Shown piece by piece: positions 45,377 to 56,205 of a DNA stretch of 64,000 bases. Where the stretch lies: positions 1,068 to 65,067 of the forward strand of contig JAAYIY010000067.1 of assembly GCA_012523185.1 (NCBI GenBank), given 5' to 3'. This DNA comes from Clostridiales bacterium (GTDB lineage: Bacteria > Bacillota > Clostridia > Oscillospirales > Acutalibacteraceae). Position 1 is the stretch's first letter. Each line of letters opens with the position of its first letter. A program made the translations under genes and the position numbers. Below the pieces are notes generated by a model, which was given only the letters and a program-made list of their open reading frames with translations, did not search any database and was not told the DNA's origin.

Positions 45377-46906
45377 ATGTTTTCAAAAATACACAGCACG
45401 GGGCTTTTGGGTATGGAGGCATACCCTGTCGAGGTTGAGGCCGACATCTCGGGCGGACTTCCGCAGTTTGACATAGTCGGTCTGCCTGACAAATCTGTCT
45501 CCGAATCCCGTAACCGTGTTCGCTCCGCCGTCAAAAACTGCGGTTTTGACTTCCCCACAGGCAGGATAACTGTCAATCTTGCGCCGGCCGACGTACGCAA
45601 GGAAGGCTCCGTTTATGACCTGCCGATGCTGCTTTCCTTGCTTGTCGCGTCGCGGCAAATCACATTTGAGCATGACGGTCTTGCCTTTATCGGCGAGCTT
45701 TCGCTTGACGGCTCCTTGCGAAAGATAAACGGAGCGCTGCCGATGGTTATGGCGGCGCGCGCCGCCGGTATGCGCAGTATTTTTGTGCCGACGCAAAACG
45801 CCGCGGAAAGCTCGGTTGTAAGCGGTATCAACGTTTATGCCGCCGCAAGCGCCATGGAAATAATAGAGCATTTGACAGGAAGATCACAGCTTTCGTGTGT
45901 CGAACCGTCGTCATTTCCCGCGGAGCCGCAGCGGCGATGCCTTGACTTTTCCGATGTGAAGGGACAGCTTGAGGCGCGGCGCGCTCTTGAAGTCGCGGCC
46001 GCCGGCGGACATAACATCATGATGATAGGCCCTCCCGGCTCGGGCAAAAGTATGCTCGCAAAGCGCCTGCCCTCCATACTCCCGGACATGACCTTTGAAG
46101 AAAGCCTTGAGACGACAAAGATATATTCGATAGCCGGGGCTTTGTCCGACAACACAAGGCTCATCCGCCAAAGACCGTTTCGCTGCCCGCACCACACCAT
46201 TTCGCCCGCGGGGCTTTCCGGCGGCGGCTCTGTTCCGAAGCCGGGTGAATTGTCGCTCGCAAACAACGGCGTGCTTTTTCTTGACGAGCTGCCGGAATTT
46301 TCGCGCAACGCGATGGAAATCCTCCGCCAGCCTGTGGAGGACGGGATGATTACGATTTCCCGCGTGGCGGGCACACTGTCGTTCCCCTGCTCGGTGATGC
46401 TCGTTTGCGCCATGAATCCTTGCCCGTGCGGTTACTTTGGTCATCCCGCCAAAAAATGCACTTGCCCGAAGGGAGCGGCGGCGCGATATCTTGACAAGGT
46501 TTCGGGGCCTTTGCTTGACAGGCTTGACATACACATAGAGGTTCCGCCCGTCGACTTTGACAAGCTTTCGGGAAACGGCGAAAGCGAACGCTCCTCCGAC
46601 ATACGGGAGCGTGTTAATAATGCCCGCCTTATCCAGCAAAAAAGGTTTGACGGCACCGGAATCACGTGCAACGCGCGGATGGACCCCGCCACGACAAAAA
46701 GCTTCTGCCGCCTGTCGGCGCAGGCTGTTGTTGTGCTTGAAAAGGCATTTTCAAGCCTTGGTCTGTCCGCAAGGGCATATGACAAGATTTTGCGCGTCGC
46801 GCGCACCGCCGCGGATCTTGACGGCTCGGAGACAATAGAAACAAAGCATATCTCCGAGGCAATCCAATACAGGAGTCTTGACAGAAAGTTTTGGCGCTCC
46901 GGGTAG
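45377..46906 (+). CDS. comM: Mg-chelatase-like AAA+ ATPase, YifB/ComM family
   Basis: N-terminal Lon-like domain (FDIVGLPDKSVSESRNRV, NLAPADVRKEG). AAA+ Walker A GPPGSGKSM and Walker B VLFLDELPEF. Confidence 0.92.
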   Translation: MFSKIHSTGLLGMEAYPVEVEADISGGLPQFDIVGLPDKSVSESRNRVRSAVKNCGFDFPTGRITVNLAPADVRKEGSVYDLPMLLSLLVASRQITFEHDGLAFIGELSLDGSLRKINGALPMVMAARAAGMRSIFVPTQNAAESSVVSGINVYAAASAMEIIEHLTGRSQLSCVEPSSFPAEPQRRCLDFSDVKGQLEARRALEVAAAGGHNIMMIGPPGSGKSMLAKRLPSILPDMTFEESLETTKIYSIAGALSDNTRLIRQRPFRCPHHTISPAGLSGGGSVPKPGELSLANNGVLFLDELPEFSRNAMEILRQPVEDGMITISRVAGTLSFPCSVMLVCAMNPCPCGYFGHPAKKCTCPKGAAARYLDKVSGPLLDRLDIHIEVPPVDFDKLSGNGESERSSDIRERVNNARLIQQKRFDGTGITCNARMDPATTKSFCRLSAQAVVVLEKAFSSLGLSARAYDKILRVARTAADLDGSETIETKHISEAIQYRSLDRKFWRSG

Positions 46907-46959
46907 CTTTTGCAAAATATACGACACAGTGTTATTTTAATATTTGAGGAGGTATTAAA

Positions 46960-47658
46960 GTGAACAATTACGATGTCCCAATGAAGTTTCACAGGTTTAA
47001 CCAGTTTTTTCTTCTGCCTGTTTCCCTGATTGCCGTTGCTGTTGAGATGGTCGGGATGATAAAGAACAGCGGAGAGCTTGCGGTCAGCAAGGGTTCGGTC
47101 TTTGTCGCCGCATACTTTCTGATTTCGTCGGCCATCCTGCTGACAAACGTAATCACACAGATAGGGTTTGTGAAGTTGTCAGGCTATTCCTATTACTCTT
47201 TTTTATATTTTAGGCTTTTCATCGCGGTCAACAGCTTTTTTACGATTTCTTATGTGTTTGACGAAAACTTCGTAATGAAAATAATTGACGACAGCATTCA
47301 ATACAGCAACGAGAACTTTTTTATATCAAAGGCGGCAATAACAGCGCAAACCATAAAAGTTTTTAACACATGGGCGCGAATCGGTGTCATGTGCGGGATG
47401 TTTATCAGCCTGCTTATGGTTTTTTACTACATGAAGCGCAAGTTTGTTTTCGACTTTAAGGAGAATTCAATCGAGAAAAAGAAGAAAAATAATCCCTGGG
47501 ACGCCGCGGAAAAATACAAGCCGGGCCGCGGCGTAAGGATGTCTCGGAAAGAAGAAGAAGACATAACAAAACAAAGGCTTGCTTTTATGTCCGAAAGCGA
47601 CACACCCGAGAGCGACTCACACGATGACTCACCCAGCATTTTCGACGACATAAAATAG
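46960..47658 (+). CDS. Multi-pass membrane protein, hypothetical (paralogue 1)
   Basis: GTG start 7 nt after GGAGG. 4-5 hydrophobic segments and a basic/acidic C-terminal tail with NPWDAAEKYKPGRG. Confidence 0.7.
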   Translation: MNNYDVPMKFHRFNQFFLLPVSLIAVAVEMVGMIKNSGELAVSKGSVFVAAYFLISSAILLTNVITQIGFVKLSGYSYYSFLYFRLFIAVNSFFTISYVFDENFVMKIIDDSIQYSNENFFISKAAITAQTIKVFNTWARIGVMCGMFISLLMVFYYMKRKFVFDFKENSIEKKKKNNPWDAAEKYKPGRGVRMSRKEEEDITKQRLAFMSESDTPESDSHDDSPSIFDDIK

Positions 47659-47866
47659 CACTCAAAATCGTTTTGGGCATTTAACGCAAAAGTCGGCGCC
47701 GCCGCAGTTTTACGGACGCGTCGGGCAAGCTGATTCATTCGCCGCCTTTTACCTCGTTTTCTAAATACAGAGAATCATGCTCAATTTTCGGACAGGCTAT
47801 ATCCACACTATATTTTAAGATGTGCCGCCGTGCGGCAATTTCAATTCAGCTGACAGTGAGGTTTTT

Positions 47867-48520
47867 ATGAGCAATTTTTATATGCCGCCCATGAGGTTTC
47901 ACAACTTTGTTCGGTTGTTTGTTCTTCCTGTGGATCTTATCTGCACTTTTTATTTTTTCTTCAGGCACTTGATTGGGGACGAATATCTTGTTTCATCGCC
48001 CTTTCGCTATGCGATTTATGCGTATATCGCCGTAAAGCTTGTTCAAACCGCCGTCAACATCATAACTCAGATAGGGCTTGTGACATACTCCGGGTATGCG
48101 TTTTACGGCGTTTTGACATACTTCGGGCTTAGGGTCGTGATTTGCTCCTTGGCGTACCTGTGGAAAATCAAGCCGGTGCCTGACCAAAGCCTGCCCGATG
48201 TCGTCAGGGTCGCTTTGCTGGCCGATATATTTATTGTAGCGGCTTTTTTGTTTTCGATAGCTACAATGGCGACTGTAATTTTATATTACTTCATGCGAAA
48301 GGACGCCTTTTATTTTCATGGTCCGCGCAACAAAAAGCCAAAGCCTATAAAAGAAAGAAATTATCCGTGGCAATACAATGAAAAATACAAGCCCGGCCGC
48401 AAACCATCATTGTCGCGCGGCAAGCTGCGTGACTTAAAAAACAGGAGGCTTGACGCTGTTTCGGGCAAAGAAAGCGCCGCCGCGGACGTTTTTGAAGCCG
48501 ACATCAACGAGGGTCTTTAA
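47867..48520 (+). CDS. Multi-pass membrane protein, hypothetical (paralogue 2)
   Basis: Same architecture as 46960-47658 (MRFHNFVRLFVLPVDLI compared with MKFHRFNQFFLLPVSLI; YPWQYNEKYKPGRK compared with NPWDAAEKYKPGRG). ATG 47867 follows GTGAGG. Confidence 0.7.
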   Translation: MSNFYMPPMRFHNFVRLFVLPVDLICTFYFFFRHLIGDEYLVSSPFRYAIYAYIAVKLVQTAVNIITQIGLVTYSGYAFYGVLTYFGLRVVICSLAYLWKIKPVPDQSLPDVVRVALLADIFIVAAFLFSIATMATVILYYFMRKDAFYFHGPRNKKPKPIKERNYPWQYNEKYKPGRKPSLSRGKLRDLKNRRLDAVSGKESAAADVFEADINEGL

Positions 48521-48544
48521 CACACATCAAAAGGAGCCGAAAGA

Positions 48545-49696
48545 GTGAATCATCTTTTGAGGACAATCGGGAAATTTGCGGCGGCGGCGGCAGCCATCGT
48601 TGCTTTTTTCCTCTTTTTAGGGAGGTATCTTCCGACTGACACAGACAGTCCCGCCGCCGAGCTGCCAATAGGCGGCGAAAACAAATATTATTTCAGTCAG
48701 CTTTCAAACATTGAAAAACACGCGTATAACAGCATCCTTTCAGAAATCGGGCGATACCCGCCGCGAATTAAGGTTCCGTCAATGACGGAGGGCGAGCTTG
48801 GCAGCATCTTCGAGGCGCTGCTTTGCGACAATCCTTCGCTTTATTTTGTCGGCAGAGAATGCACTGTCAGAATGAGCGGCAGCAAGGCCTTTTTTTATCC
48901 TAAATATTCAGTGGACAAAGACACATACGCCGCGCAAACCTCCGCCGTTGAAAGAGCTGTGGACAGATTTCTTTCAATAGTGAGCGGGTTAACGGACGAA
49001 TACGCGCTTGAGCTTGCCGTTCATGACTATCTTGTGTCGACATGCTCCTATGAAGAAGGAAGCGCGACTGTATATGACGCGCTTGTCAGGGGCATTGCGT
49101 CATGCGAGGGATATTCAAAGGCGGCAAAATATATTTTTGACAGGCTCGGCATAAATTGCTTTGTCATGTGCGGCTCGGCCGAAAACCACACGGGAGAAAC
49201 TGTCGATCATATGTGGAACATTGTCAGCATAAACGGCGGCCGGTATCATCTTGACATTACATGGGACGACCCCGCCGACGCGGGCGGCTCAAGCATACGT
49301 CACACATATTTTAACCTCAGCGACAAGGAGATATCGGCGACGCACACAGGTTATAAATGCGAATATGCTTGTGACGAAACGAGCGAGGGATACTTTGTAA
49401 AAAGCGGATCCTTTTTTAAAGCTTATGACATGATGTCGAAGAATGCCATAGCTAATCTCATTTCAGGCGCGGCTGACAACGGCGAAGAATTTGTTGAGTT
49501 TAAGTTTTCGTCGGGCAGGGCTTACGCCGCCGCCGACAACGCTCTGTTCGGCAAAAAAGAGATTTACGAGATTTTGGAGATTGCGGCGAGCGGCTGTTCC
49601 GCAAGGATTCTCACAGACAGGGCAAGCTATTCTTCAGACAAAAGGTTTAATATAATTCAAGTTTATATTCCTTATGCTGACGTTGAAAGGGACTAA
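48545..49696 (+). CDS. Transglutaminase-like (papain-fold) domain protein with N-terminal membrane anchor
   Basis: N-terminal hydrophobic anchor. Cys-His-Asp core: [31 protein letters not shown]. Confidence 0.8.
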   Translation: MNHLLRTIGKFAAAAAAIVAFFLFLGRYLPTDTDSPAAELPIGGENKYYFSQLSNIEKHAYNSILSEIGRYPPRIKVPSMTEGELGSIFEALLCDNPSLYFVGRECTVRMSGSKAFFYPKYSVDKDTYAAQTSAVERAVDRFLSIVSGLTDEYALELAVHDYLVSTCSYEEGSATVYDALVRGIASCEGYSKAAKYIFDRLGINCFVMCGSAENHTGETVDHMWNIVSINGGRYHLDITWDDPADAGGSSIRHTYFNLSDKEISATHTGYKCEYACDETSEGYFVKSGSFFKAYDMMSKNAIANLISGAADNGEEFVEFKFSSGRAYAAADNALFGKKEIYEILEIAASGCSARILTDRASYSSDKRFNIIQVYIPYADVERD

Positions 49697-49700
49697 AAAA

Positions 49701-50261
49701 ATGGACACTAAAAGGATCGAAAGCGCCGTCAGGGAAATCCTTGCGGCAATAGGTGAAAATCCCGACAGGGAGGGGCTTTGCGAAACACCGTCAAGAGTGG
49801 CTAAAATGTATGCCGAAATCTTTTCCGGAATCCAGGATGATCCGCGCCGTCACCTCAAGGTTTTCAGCGAGGATCACAACGAGGAGATGGTGATTGTCCG
49901 CGACATACCGCTATATTCAATGTGCGAGCATCATCTGATACCCTTCATGGGGAGGGCGCACATTGCTTATATACCAAACTCCGGGCGCATTATCGGGCTT
50001 TCAAAGCTGGCGCGCATAGTCGACGCTTACGCAAAAAGACCGCAGCTCCAGGAGAGACTCACTGCGCAGATAGCCGACTTTCTTTATGATGAGCTGAAGC
50101 CCAAGGGTGTGGCGGTCATCATCGAGGCGCAGCATCTGTGCATGACGATGAGGGGAGCCCGCGCAGCGGGGAGCGAAACTCAGACCTCCGCCCTTAGGGG
50201 GACGATGAGAAGCGACGCGAAGACACGCGCGGAAGTGATGTCGCTGCTTGCTTACAAATAA
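49701..50261 (+). CDS. folE: GTP cyclohydrolase I
   Basis: [32 protein letters not shown] and [10 protein letters not shown] are canonical FolE motifs. Confidence 0.95.
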   Translation: MDTKRIESAVREILAAIGENPDREGLCETPSRVAKMYAEIFSGIQDDPRRHLKVFSEDHNEEMVIVRDIPLYSMCEHHLIPFMGRAHIAYIPNSGRIIGLSKLARIVDAYAKRPQLQERLTAQIADFLYDELKPKGVAVIIEAQHLCMTMRGARAAGSETQTSALRGTMRSDAKTRAEVMSLLAYK

Positions 50262-50308
50262 TCGCGGCGGCAAGAAAACGGAACAAAAAAATAATCGGAG
50301 GGACAAAA

Positions 50309-51535
50309 ATGGGACTTGACAAAAATTTTGAGCCTGTGCTTAGGTTTGCGGTCATGAGCGACATACATGTGGAGGACGACCACACAGTCGAGCGCGAAAG
50401 ATTCGTAAAAGCAATACAATACGCCTATGATATCGCGGGAGAGTCGGCAAGCTACAAGGAGCTTGACGCTCTTTATATTGTCGGAGATTTCGCCGACGAC
50501 GGCTCCGAAACATCAATGACAGCGGCAAAGGATATAATCGACAAAAACATTAAAGAGGGCACAAAGGTCGTCCTGACAATGGCAAGCCATGAGTTCAAGC
50601 ATGACGGCGAGCAAAACGCGCGCGAGCGTTTTGTCAGGATTTTCGGACAGCCGTGCGACACGCATGAGATAATAAACGGCTTTCACTTTATCGCCGTTTC
50701 GACGACAGACGGATGCCATTTTAGGGCGCCGCAAAAGGAGTTTGCGAAAGAAAACCTGAAATCCGCTGCCGCCGCCGGCGCAAAAAAGCCGATATTTTTC
50801 TTTCAGCACCCGCACATCACCGACACTGTTTACGGCAGCATTAACTGGGGCGAGGACGAGCTGACGGCAATACTGATGGACTATCCGCAAATAATTAATT
50901 TTTCCGGTCACTCTCACGCGCCGATAAACGATCCGCGCTCAATACACCAAAAGCACTTTACTTCTCTCGGCACAGGCACATTGAGCTATTTTGAGCTTGA
51001 CGAGTTTGACAAAATAACGGGAACAATTCCCGACGACTGCGAAAAAGCCGCGCAAATGCTCATTGTCGAGGCGGACGCGCAAAACAGAGTGCGTGTTTAT
51101 CCTTTTGACATTCTTACAAACAGCTTTTTCCCTTATATATGGAAGGTGGATGCCCCGTCAGACCCTTCCGCGTTCCTCTACACCGACAGCAGATATAAGA
51201 CTGTGTCGGCGCCGCGCTTTGCCGATGGCGCCGAATGCTCCTTTGAGCTGCCAAAGGCGGGCGTTGTGTCAATTTCTTTTCCGCAGGCGCTGCCCGCCGA
51301 CGGTGAGATTTATGTGAATTCTTACGATATCGTCATAAAAAAAGCGTCTGACGGCACGACGGCAAAAAGGCTTTCAGTCTGGTCAGGCTATTACTTTTCC
51401 GATATGCCGCAAAAGATAACGCGCGCCGTGGACGGGCTTGACAGCGGCGCCGAATACACCGTTGAGATATACCCGTCGGGATTTTTTAAAAACACAGGCG
51501 ACAGTCCGCTTAAAGGCAGCTTTAAGGCGCTTTAA
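50309..51535 (+). CDS. Calcineurin-like metallophosphoesterase
   Basis: Metallophosphoesterase motifs FAVMSDIHVE, VGDFADDG and FSGHSHAP. Confidence 0.85.
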   Translation: MGLDKNFEPVLRFAVMSDIHVEDDHTVERERFVKAIQYAYDIAGESASYKELDALYIVGDFADDGSETSMTAAKDIIDKNIKEGTKVVLTMASHEFKHDGEQNARERFVRIFGQPCDTHEIINGFHFIAVSTTDGCHFRAPQKEFAKENLKSAAAAGAKKPIFFFQHPHITDTVYGSINWGEDELTAILMDYPQIINFSGHSHAPINDPRSIHQKHFTSLGTGTLSYFELDEFDKITGTIPDDCEKAAQMLIVEADAQNRVRVYPFDILTNSFFPYIWKVDAPSDPSAFLYTDSRYKTVSAPRFADGAECSFELPKAGVVSISFPQALPADGEIYVNSYDIVIKKASDGTTAKRLSVWSGYYFSDMPQKITRAVDGLDSGAEYTVEIYPSGFFKNTGDSPLKGSFKAL

Positions 51536-51637
51536 TCTGATTTTTGCAATAATATGGACGGCTTATGACTATTGACGCTTTTTATACGATTGTGTATAAT
51601 TTATGTGAATAACCACACTTTTTACGGAGGCTGTTTT

Positions 51638-52774
51638 ATGAAAAGGCTTATATTGCTTGTCGCCGCCGCCGCTGTTTTTCTTGCCGCCTCCGCTTGCGGA
51701 AGGGCTTGGCGAGCCGGGGAAACCGTCACGGAGGAGCAATCTTCTTCAGACGCTGTTTCCGAGACAGAAAGCGAAACGGAAACGGAGTCCGCTGTCCCGG
51801 AGGCGCTCGACGAGGAAGGAATGAAAAAGCTGATTGCCGACAAGACGACGGACAGCATAATCTCCTTTGTTTATGACGACTTTGACAAAGACGGCATTTA
51901 CGAAGCCTTCGCGCTGACCGGCATAAAAAGGGCGGACGTCAAGGATAGGCCGTACACGGCGCTTTACGCAGGCGAGCTTTGGTTTATAAACTTTACGGGC
52001 ATCAAAAAGCTTGCCGATTGGGGCGACTATTGGAAGGTCGGAAATGTCCTTGATGTCGGTGAAAGCAAGCTGTATTCTGTCGAAAAATATTCCGGGACAG
52101 GCTCCGTTTCGCTTGTTTGGAGCGTTGACGGCCCAAGCGTCAAGGAAGAAGCCGTTTCGGGAAAGGTCGGCGAGATAGCCGCCGCCTCGGCAAAGGATAT
52201 CACAGCTTTCAGCCTTTATTACGACGACAGCGCGGGAAAAGGCTATATAAGAGTTAAATATTTTTTCAGCTATGATAAGGGGATAAAAGAATACGGCGGC
52301 ATAAAGGTCACTCTGAAAGAGCTTTACACATATGACGGCGCCGAAGATATGATAAAAGACATTGAAGAAGGCGGAATGAATGTCGCAGACATTTATTACA
52401 GGAGCAACGGCGTCGTCACTGTGAACTGCCGCCCGAAAATCGAAGGCGCGGGCAATTTATCGAGCATGGTTTTTGTTGTCAGCGGCAATGAGCTGAAGCC
52501 TGCCGCGCCCGAAGAAAACATTGGCAGGGGTTCATCGTCGACAGGGATATATAAGGCGGCGCTGTTTCCCGACATCGCCTCATACCCGAAAGATTTCCCG
52601 ACAATAAAAACGACGACAACCTCAACGACTGCGGCGACAACCACCGCAACGACGACAGAGCCGACAACGACGACGACAACCACCACCACGACAAAGCCGA
52701 CGACCACAACGACAACAACCGCGCCCTCAACAGAGCCGGAGACGACTGAAACAGAGACTGATTCGCAAGATTGA
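51638..52774 (+). CDS. Lipoprotein with C-terminal Thr-rich low-complexity tail
   Basis: ATG 51638 follows ACGGAGG. Signal peptide MKRLILLVAAAAVFLAASAC has a lipobox. The last ~55 aa are almost entirely T/E/P/A. Confidence 0.75.
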   Translation: MKRLILLVAAAAVFLAASACGRAWRAGETVTEEQSSSDAVSETESETETESAVPEALDEEGMKKLIADKTTDSIISFVYDDFDKDGIYEAFALTGIKRADVKDRPYTALYAGELWFINFTGIKKLADWGDYWKVGNVLDVGESKLYSVEKYSGTGSVSLVWSVDGPSVKEEAVSGKVGEIAAASAKDITAFSLYYDDSAGKGYIRVKYFFSYDKGIKEYGGIKVTLKELYTYDGAEDMIKDIEEGGMNVADIYYRSNGVVTVNCRPKIEGAGNLSSMVFVVSGNELKPAAPEENIGRGSSSTGIYKAALFPDIASYPKDFPTIKTTTTSTTAATTTATTTEPTTTTTTTTTTKPTTTTTTTAPSTEPETTETETDSQD

Positions 52775-52887
52775 GCGGAACGGGCTTGTTTGCGGCAAAG
52801 GTGCGGATTGACCGACGGCGCACAGGCATAAGGAATCTGTTCAGGTTTTTGTGCCTAAAGCCCCTGTCCTTTTCGTCTTTTTAATTG

Positions 52888-52911
52888 CTGTGTCGGCACA
52901 CAGCCTTTTTT
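52888..52911 (+). terminator. Rho-independent terminator after the lipoprotein gene
   Basis: GCTGTGT-cggc-ACACAGC followed by TTTTTT. Confidence 0.7.
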
Positions 52912-52977
52912 GCAAAACAAATTTCCTTATTGCCGCGGTTCAAACACAAAAATCATGTATTATAACAGCTCACAAAA

Positions 52978-53021
52978 ATAAAAAAGGCGGGGACACAAAG
53001 AGCCGTGTCCCTGCCTTTTTT
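52978..53021. terminator. Bidirectional terminator (serves aspS on the minus strand)
   Basis: AAAAAA-GGCGGGGACAC-aaagagcc-GTGTCCCTGCC-TTTTTT. Lies ~20 nt beyond the aspS stop. Confidence 0.8.
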
Positions 53022-53039
53022 GTTGTCTTAAACGCGTGT

Positions 53040-54857
53040 TTAATCTTTTGCGGGCATATCTCCGCCGCATCCTTCCGCCGCGGCTTTGAGCGCTATTCCA
53101 AGCTCATCAAGCTGAACGGTGTCGACCGCGGACGGGCAGTCCGTCATCGGCTCGGAGGCGTTTTGAACCTTTGGAAAAGCAATTACGTCACGCAGGCTTT
53201 CACAGCCGAGGAGCTGCATGATAAGCCTGTCAAGCCCGATGCCCATTCCGCCGTGCGGCGGCGCGCCGTATCTGAAAGCGTCGATAAGGTATCCGAACTT
53301 CCTGCTTGCCTCCTCGTCGCTTAAACCGAGAAGCTTGAAAACCCTTTTTTGGAGGACGGGATCCGTTATTCTTATCGAGCCTGAAGACAGCTCGACTCCG
53401 TTAAGCACAAGGTCATATGCCTTTGCCCTGACCTTTGATTTTTCTGTCTCAAGATAATCAAGGCATTCATCCATCGGCGATGTGAACGGGTGATGCATCG
53501 CGACATACTGCTTTGTTTCCTCGTCAAACTCGAAAAACGGAAATTCCGTCACCCATAAAAGATCGAAGGTTCCGCTTTGTATCATGTCAAGCTTTTTGGC
53601 TAAAGTCTGGCGAAGCGCGCCAAGCACTGAAAGCGCCGTGGAGCTTTTATTGTCGGCGACAATAAACACAACGTCACCCGGCTCTGCCTCGGCAGCCTTT
53701 AAGATCGCCTTGTTTTCTTCATCGGAAAGGAATTTGGCGAATGACGACGTAACGGCGCCGTCGTCGCCGAGCCTTGACCACGCAAGCCCTTTGGCGCCGA
53801 TGCCCCTTGCCGCCTCCGTCAGCTTGTCAATCTCTTTTCGTGTAAGTTTTGAAAATGCGTTTTTTGCCGTGATTCCGCGAACGGAACCGCCGCCGCGAAC
53901 GGCGCCGGAAAACACAGCGAATCCGCAGCCGCCCGCTATGTCGGAAATATCGAAAAGCTCCATTTTGTAGCGCGTGTCGGGCTTGTCCGTGCCGTAACGC
54001 TCCATTGCCTCTGAAAATGTCAGCCTTTTGAACGGTGTTTTTATGTCTGTTCCTAAAGATTCTTTAAAGACGCGTTTCATATAACCCTCGCCTATTTCAA
54101 GCACGTCCTCAATGCCGACGAAAGACATCTCAAAGTCAATCTGCGTGAACTCGGGCTGTCTGTCGGCGCGCAAATCCTCGTCACGGAAGCAGCGCGCAAT
54201 TTGCATGTAGCGGTCAAAGCCCGCCACCATGGAAAGCTGCTTATAAAGCTGCGGCGATTGCGGCAGCGCATAAAAAGAGCCGCTGTGAATCCTGCTGGGC
54301 ACAAGAAAATCCCTTGCCCCCTCGGGCGTTGATTTTATGAGCATCGGCGTTTCGATTTCAATAAAGCCGTTTTCGTCAAAATAATCACGAGTTATTTTGC
54401 ATATCTTGTGCCGCATGATTATGTTTTTTTGAAGATTGGGACGGCGCAAATCAAGATAGCGGTATTTAAGGCGCGTCAGCTCCGATGTGGCGCACTTTTC
54501 AGTTATCTCAAAAGGCGTCGTTTCGCTTTTGTTAAGAATCGAAAGCTGTGTCACGTCAATTTCCACGTCTCCCGTAGGTATGTCGGGATTTTTTGACGAA
54601 CGCTCCCGCACAACTCCTTTTGCCATGAGCACATATTCACCGCGGACTGAAAAAGCCGTTTCAAAAACGTCCTTGTCCGTTTCCTCGCCAAAGGCAAGCT
54701 GCAATATGCCTGTGCGGTCGCGAAGATCGATAAAAATCAGCGACCCGAGATCGCGGCGGCGCTGAACCCATCCGGCGACTGTGATTTCGCGGCCGACATC
54801 CGACAGGCGGACTTCGCCGCAGTAATTTGACCTTTTTGTTTCCGGTGCAAAGCCCAT
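53040..54857 (-). CDS. aspS: Aspartate--tRNA ligase
   Basis: Class IIb aaRS: N-terminal OB fold (GWVQRRRDLGSLIFIDLRDRTG), motifs FRDEDLRADRQPEFTQID and GGMGIGLDRL. ATG 54857 follows GGAGGA. Confidence 0.95.
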   Translation of the reverse strand: MGFAPETKRSNYCGEVRLSDVGREITVAGWVQRRRDLGSLIFIDLRDRTGILQLAFGEETDKDVFETAFSVRGEYVLMAKGVVRERSSKNPDIPTGDVEIDVTQLSILNKSETTPFEITEKCATSELTRLKYRYLDLRRPNLQKNIIMRHKICKITRDYFDENGFIEIETPMLIKSTPEGARDFLVPSRIHSGSFYALPQSPQLYKQLSMVAGFDRYMQIARCFRDEDLRADRQPEFTQIDFEMSFVGIEDVLEIGEGYMKRVFKESLGTDIKTPFKRLTFSEAMERYGTDKPDTRYKMELFDISDIAGGCGFAVFSGAVRGGGSVRGITAKNAFSKLTRKEIDKLTEAARGIGAKGLAWSRLGDDGAVTSSFAKFLSDEENKAILKAAEAEPGDVVFIVADNKSSTALSVLGALRQTLAKKLDMIQSGTFDLLWVTEFPFFEFDEETKQYVAMHHPFTSPMDECLDYLETEKSKVRAKAYDLVLNGVELSSGSIRITDPVLQKRVFKLLGLSDEEASRKFGYLIDAFRYGAPPHGGMGIGLDRLIMQLLGCESLRDVIAFPKVQNASEPMTDCPSAVDTVQLDELGIALKAAAEGCGGDMPAKD

Positions 54858-54858
54858 A

Positions 54859-56205
54859 TTATAAAAATCCTCCAATGAATTTGCTTATGTCGGCGTCGTG
54901 GGAGCCAATCAGCTCGGCAACCGCGCCGCGTGAATGCTTTATTGACAAATCAAGGAATTCTTCCGTGAAGTTTTCAAGCCCAAGCTTCGCCGTTTCACCG
55001 TCGTCCATTTTTTTGACTAAGATTTCACCGCTTTGAAGCTCGCTGTCGCCTAAAACCGCCGAATAGACGGCGTTAATCTTGTCGGCATACTTTATCTGCG
55101 CTTTGACGGAGCGCCCGACAACGTCGGTTTGCGAATTTATTCCGGAAAGGCGCAGGTCGTTTACAATCCTTGCCGCCTCAATCGACGCCGCTTCCCCCGC
55201 CGCCGCGATATATATCTCGCACATTTCGGGCTGCGGCACAGGCACTGCCTGTGCGCGCATTAGGAGCAAAAGACGTTCGATTCCGAGAGCGAATCCCAAA
55301 GACGGCACATGCTGACCGCCAAGCTCCTCGGCAAGGCCGTCATAACGCCCCCCGCCGCAAACTGTGCCCTGCGCGCCTATTTCGTCAGAAACAAACTCAA
55401 AAACTGTGCGCGTGTAATAATCAAGCCCTCTTACAATGCGCGGATTTTCAAGATATTTGATGCACATGGCGTCAAGACGTTTTTTTACGCCTTCAAAATG
55501 TTCGGAGCATTCGCGGCAAAGAAAATCTGTCACAACCGGTGCCCCTGCAATGGTCTTTGAGCAGGCGCTGTTTTTGCAGTCAAGTATGCGCATCGGATTT
55601 CTCTCAAGCCGATCATTGCAAGTCCGGCAAAGACCGCTTTTATTTGAGCCGAAATAAGAGCGCAGCGCGTCGTGATATTTGGCGCGGCATTCGGGACACC
55701 CTATTGAATTGATTTCAAGACGAAGGTTTTTTATGCCGATAAAGTCGAAGATTGCGTCGGCAAGCGCGATAACCTCGGCGTCGGCGGCGGGAGACGACGC
55801 TCCGAAGCACTCGACGCCGAATTGATGAAATTCGCGAAGCCTGCCCGTCTGCGGCTTTTCGTAACGGTAACACGAGATGACATAACAGACCTTTTGCGGC
55901 ATTGCTTCGTTAAAAAGTCCATGCTCCAAAAACGCGCGCATCGCTCCGGCGGTGCCCTCGGGGCGCAGCGTTATCGAGCGCCCTCCCTTGTCGTCAAAGG
56001 TGTACATTTCTTTTTGGACGACGTCGGTTGTGCCGCCGACGCCGCGCTGAAAAAGCTCGGTATGCTCAAAAACCGGCGTGCGGATCTCGTTAAATCCGAA
56101 CTTGCCGGCAATATCTGTCATGGCGCGCTCAAGAAATCTGTTCTCATAAACAGCGGAGGGGAGCACATCTTGTGTCCCCTTAACGGCTTTTGTTATCAGT
56201 GCCAT
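54859..56205 (-). CDS. hisS: Histidine--tRNA ligase
   Basis: KGTQDVLP, LRPEGTAG, YRYEKPQTGRLREFHQ and GGGRYDGL motifs. hisS-aspS operon order. Confidence 0.95.
   Translation of the reverse strand: MALITKAVKGTQDVLPSAVYENRFLERAMTDIAGKFGFNEIRTPVFEHTELFQRGVGGTTDVVQKEMYTFDDKGGRSITLRPEGTAGAMRAFLEHGLFNEAMPQKVCYVISCYRYEKPQTGRLREFHQFGVECFGASSPAADAEVIALADAIFDFIGIKNLRLEINSIGCPECRAKYHDALRSYFGSNKSGLCRTCNDRLERNPMRILDCKNSACSKTIAGAPVVTDFLCRECSEHFEGVKKRLDAMCIKYLENPRIVRGLDYYTRTVFEFVSDEIGAQGTVCGGGRYDGLAEELGGQHVPSLGFALGIERLLLLMRAQAVPVPQPEMCEIYIAAAGEAASIEAARIVNDLRLSGINSQTDVVGRSVKAQIKYADKINAVYSAVLGDSELQSGEILVKKMDDGETAKLGLENFTEEFLDLSIKHSRGAVAELIGSHDADISKFIGGFL

Noticed and set aside
52851-53324. 157-aa plus-strand ORF spanning the terminator region and the aspS 3' end.
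   Set aside because: It crosses two terminator hairpins, is antisense to aspS, and has no RBS.
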